DNA of 64,000 bases from Stegostoma tigrinum (taxonomy: Eukaryota). The position numbers and the translations under genes are program-made. Position 1 is the stretch's first letter, and every line of letters starts with the position of its first letter. Under the pieces are notes generated by a model. It was given only the letters and a program-made list of their open reading frames with translations, did not search any database and was not told the origin of the DNA. The stretch is taken from assembly GCF_030684315.1 (NCBI RefSeq), contig NC_081371.1:38508390-38572389 (forward strand), given 5' to 3'. This document shows positions 39,001-51,000 of the stretch, piece by piece.

Positions 39001-42000
39001 TCCCCTCCCCCCACTGCACCACACAACCAGCCCAGCTCTTCCCCCCCACCCACTGCATCCCAAAACCAGTCCAACCTGTCTCTGCCTCCCTAACCGGTTC
39101 TTCCTCTCACCCATCCCTTCCTCCCACACCAAGCCGCACCCCCAGCTACCTACTAACCTCATCCCACCTCCTTGACCTGTCCGTCTTCCCTGGACTGACC
39201 TATCCCCTCCCTACCTATACTCTCTCCACCTATCTTCTTTACTCTCCATCTTCGGTCCGCCTCCCCCTCTCTCCCTATTTATTCCAGCTCCCTCTCCCCA
39301 TCCCCCTCTCTGATGAAGGGTCTAGGCCCGAAACGTCAGCTTTTGTGCTCCTGAGATGCTGCTTGGCCTGCTGTGTTCATCCAGCCTCACATTTTATTAT
39401 CTTGGAATTCTCCAGCATCTGCAGTTCCCATTATCTCTGTTATTTATGCCTTCTTAATTACTCTATTAACTCATACTATATCTTCAAGGATGCATGGACA
39501 TTCACCCCAAGATCCCTTTGCTCCTCTGACCTGCCATTCATGAAGTATTCCCTTGCCTCGTTCCTTCTTCTTAAGTGCATCACCTCACATTTATCAGAGT
39601 TAAATTCCATCTTACCAGTGATCTGCCTATCTAACCAATGTGTTTATATCCTGCCGTAACTTAACACCTTTCTCCTCACTGTCAGCTATCCAACCAATCT
39701 TTGTCATCCGCAAACTTACCGTGCTCTACCCCCCGACATTCTCATCTAAATCATTTATGAATATCACAACCAATTAAGGACCTAGGACTGATCCCTATGG
39801 TACGCTACTGCACACTGGACAGTAAATTACTGTCCTCCTTCCTGTTTTAGTTTTTGCAGAGATACCTAGGCGGAAACACTATGTATGAATTCATTATCAT
39901 CTTTCTTAAAAGTATAATTACCGTCTAAATGCAACAAAATGAGAGGTCACATCATCATCCAGTCCTGGGGCTTTTGAGTTTAATAAACATTCAATAGCTT
40001 CTTGAAGATCTGCCAATGACAAACAAAAAATGTAAACATCGTCATTGTATTTTAAAACATCATAACTTCTTTCTTATTGTTTGTCTAGTTTTGACATATT
40101 TAAATTTTAAAATGAGGGCAACCTCTGTGCTTTTTAAACAACTCAATGCAGTTCTTCTGTTCCCAATGACTAGGAAGTCCAGAACAGGGTCACAGTCTAA
40201 AAGGGTACAGGGTAGGCCATTTATGGCTGAGAGAAGGAGCAATTTCTTCACCTAGAGAGTAGTGAACCTGTGGAATTCTCTGCCACAGAAAGCAGTGAGG
40301 CTTAAAAAAAAAGAAAAAAATTGATTGCTTTCAAGGAGTTAAATATGGTTCTTAGGGTTAATCGGATTGAGGGTCTGGGGAGAAAACAGGAACGACTTCC
40401 TGGAGTTGGATGACCCATCATGATCACAATGAATAGCACAGCAAGCTTGAAGGGCCAAATGGCCTACTCCTGCTCCTATTTGCTATGTTTCACGCTGGTT
40501 CTCGGTACTCAATACAAATATGTATTCGAAACATAATATTATACACAAATCTAAATTCCCAATTATCACCTTTAGAAGTTCAACCCACATTATAATGACA
40601 AATTAAAGGCATTTAGTTGCATTCGTCCACCTTAACAAAACCTGGTGTATTATGGATCAATCCTAACTCCATTAGGATGCGGAAGCTGTGCAGTCATGAG
40701 CATAAAGATGGCACTGCAGGGAGGAAATGTGTAATTACAGGATGAGAAGTTTACAAAAAGGGAATTTACATAATAAATGTGGATATACGAACCTAGAATA
40801 TCCATCAAAGCACTACTTCCCAGCCTGGCCTCAATTTTGAGACCAACAGGAAAGGTTTAGGTAAATGGAGACATTACCAAATCATGCTGCTCTGTCCTCA
40901 GGCAGGTGCGAGTAGGAGCACACCCTTATTACTTCCATTCTGTCAACAGTAGGCATCCAAACTAAAAAATAGTTTTCACACCATTCAAATGCTTCCAAAC
41001 TGCCCATCCTTCAGGTAATGATGCCCATGACCCTCCTCCCAATCCATTCTCTGTGAGACATCCTCCTTACCTGACGTGAGCTCCTGCCACTTTTAATTCG
41101 GGATTGCTTCCAGTTTCGACAGCATCCGCTGTTCCAATTTGAATGGCCAACAACTCTCTGAAACAGGAACCTTGAGTGACAGGCCCACGTCTCACGATGG
41201 AATAGCAACATCTACGTCCTTTGATATTTGCATCACTGCACCATATTGTGTTAAATTGCTGTGAGCATCCATGACTGGCAGGATTGCATTCCCCACTAAT
41301 GCGTCCAGTGAGAGACCCCACCAAAAAATAAAATGCCTGTGTTTCTCTGAGGTAAACAATCCTTTCTGGATAGCAAGTCAAAATACTAGATCAATATGAA
41401 TCGGTTCCAGACTCACCAGTGGGGTTATATTTGGGGGGCAGAGAAACAAGAATGAATTTTTTATCAGATGTTGGAATGGTGACATCTGCAGACTTTGATA
41501 TGTGCATCACTGCGTCATATTGCAACTCGTTATATGTAGACTTCAATCCCATCTCAGCAATCCTAATAAATTAGAAGCCATGAAAAGTGAAGTGGTTATA
41601 TTTAAAAAATGCTAGTCGTAAAAGCTATTTCAAATGCCATTTGTCCGTCCCACCACCACTTTGTTCCCCACTGTTTGTCACCTTCTCTTCGGAAGCCAGT
41701 GACTTCCAGGTAACAGTTGCAATTAGTATCTTGCCTTTGAGGGGATGACTGACAAAAAGCTTTGAGTGAGCCGACAGAACTGAACATACAGTCAAACAGT
41801 CTGCTTCATTCGTGCTATTAAAAAGGCACCTCGTACAACCAAGAAGGTAAATGCAAGTTATGCTTGGACCAGTGTACTTAACTAGTTTTTACATTTCTTA
41901 AACATTTCTGGTAGACAGCCCCTTCTTTTATTTGCAACTCACGCAGAAACAAAAATGAGCACTAATCACAAAATCAAGAAAAAAAAAATGACCCCAACAA

Positions 42001-45000
42001 TGCAACAGATAGTAAAGCTGCAAGCCAAATCTTAAAAGTTGCTGATATAAAGATCAGGAGATCCAACTGCACATGGCACAAATCATTCAAAATTCATCAA
42101 ATTCAATGAAGGAGAATAATAAGGCAGTTGAGAACATTGCATGCATGTGAGCAGATAACTGCACTGCTGAAGGAAGCAAAGACGTACCCAGCAGCATTAT
42201 CTATGATCAGCTGGCTCTCTGCACGATGATTGTTTGGTAATTCAATGCTCCATTTAATTTGGAGCAAACCGGAATATACATCAGTCAACATGTTGCCCGG
42301 CTCAATACTTGGTAGCTGCTTAACATCACCTAGGGAAAATAAAAGGAGTAATTTTATATACCACAAAACGCACATTTAAAAAGACTGTCCAAATCCAGGG
42401 ATGACCAGTCAACGATGCACAGACCCGGTATCTCAAAAACACCAAAAACTTACAAAAGCAAAACACTGCAGATTCTAAAAATTTGAAGTAAAAACAGAAA
42501 ACGCAGATCTGGCAGCATCAAGAGACAGAAAAAGTAGCACCAAAGTCAATTGATTCTGATGAAAGGTAATCCAAAACATTACCTTTGCTTCACTTTCTGC
42601 AAATGCTGCCTGACCTACCAAGTATTTCTAGCTTTTTCTGATTGTGTCAAAACGTACTCTGCTCATTCTCACATCAACAATGGACTAGCTGGTCAAACAG
42701 ATTTATTGTTTCAGTTCTCGTGAACATTGCTTCAGGCTGATCTCCTGCAGCAACAATTTGGGATCAGTACAGGGCCTTGTGAGAGGGGCAGGGAGGGGTT
42801 TATTTGTAAGGACGATCTTGATTGGACAGATGAGATTAGATCTGGGCAGGTGTTTGAGAATTCAGAAAAAGGGGAAGTGGGGGAAGAGAGATTATCAGAG
42901 GACGGAGGCTCAGGGTTCACTGGAGAAATGGACTAAAATGTATTCTTTCATGGGATATGCAAAGTATACAGTGAAGCGTGGGTCAAAAGACAGAACAGCA
43001 AGTAAAAAAAGTGGAATGAAACTTGGGGATCTTACTTTGCCTGCACCCAGCATCGGGCGGGGGCAGGGGAAACAGTGTTACAGCATCACCATCAGCATAA
43101 CTACAGAGCCATAAGGAAAGGAAGAAATACTGAAGAATACAGAAGGAAATAAAATACAGAAGAAGGAGTAAAAGATCCAGGAGGAGACCAATGAAATTGT
43201 TGGAGAAAAGAAACATGTGGGATGGGTGGATTCAAAGGATTCAAAGAAATTCAAATTAAAATGGTACGTGATGTCCAAAATTCAGGATTCTGCCTTACTC
43301 AAAAGGTAATTTAATCAAATGGGCCACGTTGTATGCTCCATGAGGCTAGATACCTCTGATACAAGAAGCAACACATCTAGACACAGGAAATGTATTCACA
43401 CAGAAACCGATATTCAATTTAAAATCTACAATGTATTACTTTGAAAGGAATACAAATAGAATAAATCAATACATTTCTTTAAATAGGTTATTTCTGGAAA
43501 TTTCATCAATTCACTCTCACCTTCAAGTTGTTGGTTGAAGTGGTATTTATTGGCAGCATTGCAAATGCAATCAAGTTTACTTAACACCATTTATAATTGT
43601 ACTTTATAATCTGTTTCCTTCTGGGTGATATCAAGAGAAAACTGAAGAAAATGTAAGTAATTTTGCACTGCATATTAATGCATTCTAAGAATGAGTAGAA
43701 CTCTGATCAGATACTTACCAAGGATTATAAGTTTTTTGAGATTGGCACGCTCCATAAGCAACTTTAAAACAGTACTTAGGATACGCACGGAAACCAAACT
43801 CCCCTCATCGACAATCAGTACCTGGACATCAGAAAACATCCAATCAAGAGGTTTTCCTGATGCAGTTGATTTCTCTGCGGCCCAGAAACTCCACACCACC
43901 TATTTTTTTGAAACAAGAAACAATTCAATAGGTCTTTATTCAGGCAAGATATGAAAAACTTTAAAAGTTTATATTTCTCCCTAATCAATTTTCAAATCTT
44001 AATATTGCATTGAACCCTTATACTAATCAAAACACAAGTTAAAAAAAACCTCATCTCGTATTATTTCTAATATTAATATTGCAGTTCCACAGATTCTTTT
44101 TTAATCCTAAAGAGACTTAAAATTGGAATCTTATTTACGCCGTTTCCAAGAAGATTGGTGACAACTGCTTGCCATGCCCACATCTCGTGATGCAATAAAT
44201 AAATATCATCCTGTGGACGAATGACTAATTTACACAGCTCACTTCTCATGCATTTGTCAATGGGTCATTGGCCATAATTCATTATTTTGAAACGTGGCCA
44301 GTCTACCTCAGATCAGTGTAAGGTATCTTGAAAGTTTAATCAACAGATCAAGGTAGCATTTTCATCCTGCTACTCTGTTACGCAAGTGGCATTCCCTCTT
44401 CCAGGATACTGTAACTTCACAATAGCATTGATGATATTGCACAAATGAAAATGTTGCAGTTAAATTTCAGTGCTGGCGTATGCCATATATGTAAGTGATA
44501 CATCCCAATGACTGATGAATCAAATCAAAAAAGCTTATTCCTTCAGCTATTAGCAACAGTGTACTGACTATACCTAACCAGCTTCTGCTTGCAAAATTCA
44601 AAAACAGTGTGCAACCTTAGATGCAATTCTGCAATTGGACAAAGTTTGCCATTTAATCCTAAACATGCAATGGATTATGCTGATGATAAAAGCAAGGATT
44701 GTCAGTCACGGTCTCCTATGTTGTGTGAATGGAAGCAACATACAATAAAACACAGGGCCCTGTTCTTTGCAGGCAGAAATAACATACAGCCACCTGTTGT
44801 GCCTGGTTTAGCACAACTAAAAGCAAGTGGTATCAGAGATAATGGGAACTGCAGATGCTGGAGATTCCAAGATAATAAAATGTGAGGCTGGATGAACACA
44901 GCAGGCCAAGCAGCATCTCAGGAGCACAAAAGCTGACGTTTCGGGCCTAGACCCTTCATCAGAGACCCTCTCTGATGAAGGGTCTAGGCCCGAAACGTCA

Positions 45001-48000
45001 GCTTTTGTGCTCCTGAGATGCTGCTTGGCCTGCTGTGTTCATCCAGCCTCACATTTTATTATCTTAAAAGCAAGTGGTACTCGTTCTCTGGTTCATTTCT
45101 CAGAGTAATCCCTTGACCAAAGTCAACTGGTACTACTTAAAACATAATCATCAAAACTTAACAGTTAATTGACAGTCATCAGGCGATATCTCTAACAATT
45201 CACCTGCCAACCAATAAGCACTCTACTCAGTGTGAATATTAGTTTTCCCTTTTGACACTGCCTTATGAGTGCGAGATAAAAAGCTTTTGACAAAATTCAG
45301 TATTACTCAAGTTACGTACCAACAATTAAAGAAAAAAAATCACTTCCAATGATAATACAGAACATGAAATATCATAAGATTTAGAAAAGAAATCTCAAAA
45401 TTTTGGGCTTTTCTTAAATCGTACTGAGGAATATTGATATTCCACGATAACTCAAGTATTTTATCGCCCCACTACATCCCCCCCCCCCAACCCCGCCAAG
45501 GTCAGAGTCTGTAATTTAGATCTTAGTAGGCCATCTAAGAAGAAAAAGACTCCATATTAAACAAGATGTAACTATTTCCCAATTTTTTAAACAGAAAGAC
45601 TAACAGTGTAAACAAGAAAGTTCAGTGTCTTCAGTCTGTAGGGATTTCAAAAGCACACTGTATAGGGAAGAAGTGTGGAATCACTGACAGCTACAGTTGC
45701 TTTACTGCTTAACTGTATATGCCTGCAGTCCAAATAATTACCAGTTTCAAAAGGAGTAATAGGAGCAAACACTGACAGTATAGCTGTCACTAGTGGCATA
45801 AAAAACAGGGCCATTACCCTGACTTGGACATTTAACTACAGCTGGTAGTGGATCACACTAATATGATAGGGAGATAGGGAAAGTCAAAAAAAAATTGCAG
45901 CTGCAACATGATTTCAAGAGAAGTCCAAGCTTTTTAGAAACAGCTTCTAAAAAGAGTGCTACTGATAAAACAGACATCAGAAATAGTAATCAAAGCAAGA
46001 CAAAAGACAGTGTAAAAGAAATGTTCAAACTCTAAGCTTAATTGGTAAATCTGCTAGTAAAATCCAAAGAATAGCAGAAATTGAAGTTTTAAGGGGTATT
46101 TCTTACCACATGGGCCATGCGCCTCACTTCAACAATTCCAAATCAGACTAAGGCTGGAAACATAGCCGTAACACATCACTTGGCTATGAACGATTAGCTC
46201 AAAAAGTAACTTTACCAAAGTTATAATTTATTTTCAACTGTAAGCAGCCACTACAATTACTGTCAAGATTCTTATTCCCATATACAGTTGGATTCCAGCA
46301 TCCCTTGTTGGCAACTAGTGAAGGCTGTTTCCAAGTTACTCCAACCCTTTCAGGTACTCCCCTCATACAGATAATCAAAATGATCTTAATAACATACCGG
46401 CTAGTGTAGCGAAAATATATATTGTTTAACTTGGCTACTTTTGAAAGATTTTGGAGAAACTAACCTGTAATTCATTGAATGTTTACAAGTAACCTGGACT
46501 AACATATTCCTCAAACTTTCAGGCTCCAATATAGTTGCAAAACAAGAGTTTTAGGAATTCTTTTAAAAGTCACGCATTTACTTTATTCTAAAACATTAAA
46601 AGATTTGAATTATCCACAAAGTATCATTGAATGGCAATTACCTGGTGTAAAGTATACGCATTAAACCCAGTTTTTTTCTTTAAAAGAGATGCTGCCTTTC
46701 CAGTTGGTGCAGTGAACAGCACAGATACTTTTCTGACATTGACTTGCTCAAAGTTGCCACTGGGAGTTGCACCCAATGGGATATCCCAGCTTCCTGAAGC
46801 CCATTTGTCCTGCTCAAGAACTTGACATGCTTGCAATAGTTCCTCATTATCTGCACTCTCCATATTTTTAACTACTGTGCTAAAGATGCAGCTGACAAGT
46901 GTTGTCTTTCCACAGCCACCTTTACCACTGAGAACTGTAACAGGATTTTCACACATCATGGCAGCAGCTTTCAACTGATAAGAATCCAAGTTAACTTCTT
47001 TGATCCCTGTATCTTCAGGTAGTCTTTCCATCTGCTCTGCAGTGTTGGCTTTTGTCAAAGCCTCTGGCACTGAAATATGCCATGGAGGTTTATCCATAAG
47101 TTGCTTTATACAAGATGCAATGTCTTTCTCATAGTTATAAAAACACTTCAGATACACTCGCTCTTTTTCCACGATGATTATCTCATAGTTCTTTAAAAAT
47201 TGTAGTGATTCCCATGCACTTTGAACACTGAACTCAGATGGACGTAATGCAGTCAGTCCATTAACTTTAACATAGGTGTGTCCCTTACTCCAGCAAGTTT
47301 GTTTGAGCTTATCATAAATGACCAAAGCATGCCTTTGTAACTCTGGAATTGTCTTCAGGATATCAGCTTCCTCAAAGGCCAACAAGGATGCCTCACAACC
47401 AATCAGCTGTAGCTCCTTTGAGAGAATCTATAATCAGAAAGTTAAAAAAAACTTCAGAAATTATTCTTGAACTAACTATTTAATAGGAGAACACCTGCAA
47501 CTTTACAGGGTCTTTAATTGCAAATGCAATTACTACCTTGAGCTGGAATCTCTTCAGGGAGTGGAAGGTTTAAGATTGAAACTGATATCCAATGGTGTTG
47601 TTTTCCTTAAATGTTTTTTTTGCCAACATTTAATTTTGGGTTTGTCACACTCACGAGGCTACTACGGTCAATAGAAGTTAGAGAAATACAGATGAAAAAG
47701 GCTTCTGTTTAAATGTTCACAGCGAGAGAGAAGAAAAACAAAGATATACTTGGGATTTATTCATATTGACAACTGTGCACACAGACAAACTTACTTGACT
47801 GAATCCTAATTTCCACACTGCTGTCTCAATCATCTGTTCCAACTCCTGCAGAATATGGTATGAACGGGACTCTCTTCCATTTTCACTTTTTGGCATTAAA
47901 ATACTCAAGAAGTGCCGCGGCAGAAGCATGGGCAGGATCTCCGTCAAGTTTTGGAACATTAACGCATGCTGCACATATTGACCTTCAACTAAATTATTGC

Positions 48001-51000
48001 ACAAATTAATAATGTGAACTGCAAATGTTATCTTGTATGCATACTCTCACGTGCATTCATTTAAACACTCAGATTGACACTAACAAAAACAATCGTTTAA
48101 GGGTTGTCCTAGACCATTTCTGAAATTTGTCTGGTTACACTTCTGAAGGACAACTTGGCATGTTTGCCTACATTAAAAGCATTACAAAATGCACGTTATC
48201 ATCAGCATTAACAGTAAGCCTAATCCCACACAAACAAATCCTTATTCCTTTAAGATTTTAATATTTTTAAACTCAGGACATGCAGGCTTCACCATTTGGG
48301 CCAGCATTTACCTAACTGTCCTTTCAAAGGTGACAGCTCAGCATCTTCAAGGGCTATCCAGAATGAGCAATAAATGCTGGCCCAATCAAAAAACCTCACA
48401 TTTCCCTTCGTAAGTAACTAATCATTTATTTCAACACCCACAACTATTCTGAAAGGTCACTGCCAAAAATAATGCATTCAATGCTATTGCAATCCTCTCG
48501 TGAAAGACTATACATATTAGCAGTCAGTCGTTCAATCCCTCAAGTCCATTCTATCATTTTATAAGGTCATGGGTAATGTAAACAACAACATTTCTTACCA
48601 ATATGGCTGAGCAAAATCATGACCCTGCCCAACATGCACATGCATGTAATTTTGGCAAATGCTAAACTACAATTACAAGTTCAATTATTGATTACTTTCT
48701 TATCCTGAGACCAATGTCACAGAAATCAGAGATCAATCAACAACCTGACTTACATCCTGCCTGAAATTGCATAAAAAGAACCAATCTGATCCCTGCTGCT
48801 TAGAGTTACCCACTGTACCTGACATTTAAAAATTCCACATGCACATGTTCCTCATTTTGATTTGATTAATTAGTCACCTGCACAGAGATACAATAAAATG
48901 TACTGTATTACATGCTAACCAGACAAATCATACAAGTACATCAGGGTAATAGAACAGAATGCAGCACATATGGTGTTACAGCTACAGAGAAGATGCAAGG
49001 AAAGATATACTCAAATATGATTGGTCCATTCAGAAGTCTGATGACAGTGGGGAAGAAGTTGTTCTTCAACCTACTGGTACATGTTTTTAAACTTGTGCCC
49101 TCTGCTCAGTGGAAGAGTGTATAACTGGGGTAGGAGGGGTCTTTCAAGGCAGTGGGAAATACAGACACAATCAACGGAAGGAAAGTTGATTTTCATGATG
49201 GACTAGGCTGCATTCACAACCCTAATTTCTTACAGTCATGGGCAGAGCAGTTGCCATAACAAGCAGTAATGCATCCAAATAGGACGCATTCGACAGTGCA
49301 TCTATAAAACTTGGTAAGAGTCATTGTGGACAAGCCAAAATTTTCTTAGCCTAAGGAAGTACAGGCATTGATGCTACAGTCAAGAAAGCACACCAATGTG
49401 GATGGATCCAGATGGATCATTGATGATATTTACTCATGGAAAATTTAAGATCTTGACTACCTCTGCCTCAGTGCCATGTCCTCCACTCCAATTAGAGCTA
49501 CAAAATAAGATACACAAGTTCAGACACACTGCTACTTCTAATCTCATACGCACATGTGGAAAATTGGAGCAGTTGCATATGCACGTATGTTTAGAGGGAA
49601 TGTTGTTGATCTAACATCTGAGTAACTGTCCAGATAAGTACATCAGAATTGAAATAATTGCAGAGAGCCCCAGAGATAGAAGAGTATCTCATCAGGCTCT
49701 GAAACTTCCCAGGCTATTAGACTACAGCAGTTGAAGTAGGCAGCTCACTGCCACCGCCTTCTCAAGGACAACTAGGTACAGACAACAAAAGCTGGCCAAC
49801 CAGGAATGCCTACATCTCATGGGTGAATGAAAAAAAAAGGGCCTATGCATCAAAACTTTGACAGGGCCCAGGGTGCATCCCTTAGCCATACAGTCACAGA
49901 GACCAGAAATTGTGAACTTATGTGTTTTATACAGCAAAGACGTTTAGAGAACACTGGACTGGTTGACAAATGCTGTGATTATACATGAAACAGGATACAG
50001 AGTAAAATCACAGCAATCTTCATTGAATGGAAAACAGCATATCAATACTAGCTGTCAGCTACAAATACCCTACAGTGTGCAGAACAAAGTGTCACTTGAC
50101 ACAGTAGCTACACTTCAGATTTTATGGTGCTACCTTTTAATTCTGCAGTACTTGCACATGCCTGTGAGTTATGAATGACCCACTGCATTTGCAACTAGTT
50201 TTTCTTTCGATTGCCATCTGAAGTATTAGTATCACAAAAGTCAACAACTAATATAGTATTAAAAGCCTGACTTTACCATTTATAGAAAAAGAAACTATGA
50301 ATTCTAATACCTCCTCCCTTTTAATCTTGGTAACATTTCAACCAACAGGACCATGAAAAGTACCTTCAGTTCAGAAATGTACTAGATTATATTTTAAATT
50401 CCAAATATTAGTTCACATCAGTAATCAAATCAATTGGTTAGGGCTGCAAGTCTCCTCCAACTTGATTTCTGGATACTGGTGGTAAATGCTGTATATTATT
50501 GATCAGTTACCAAAACTTGTGGATCAAAATTTTTAAACTAAAGACATTCAAACCAAACAAATCAGTGAGACTGATTTGTATTCAAGTATTGAGCATTTTG
50601 ACAAAAGCAGAGTATTCAAAGAAAGTGATCATTTTTGGTGGTGCAAGTGATTTATTGGACAACCTTCTGCAAATCTGTAATAACTAGCAGTAATTGTGAA
50701 AAACTATTTCATCAGTTTGGAATATTGACTTTCAAAATACTTCATTTTCCAAAGGTATGTAAATGTTTACTTTACCATTCTCAACTTCTTGCATTGCATT
50801 TCTGCAGAATATTTCTAAGTGAGCTCAAAGAATAGTTCTATCATGTTTACAATTTATTTATTTCAAAATGCAGTTTTACTCCTATTAAATTTATAATATC
50901 ACCAAATTAAACATCACCTTCCATTTCCTTTTAACTTACTCTTGCAGCTGTTGATCAAAGATGTCTTCTGATACTGAATTCTGAAGATTATGTACAATGT

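Noticed and set aside
46624-47385. RecD/TraA-like helicase as bacterial contamination or horizontal transfer
   Set aside because: It is exon 4 of intron-containing vertebrate HELB.
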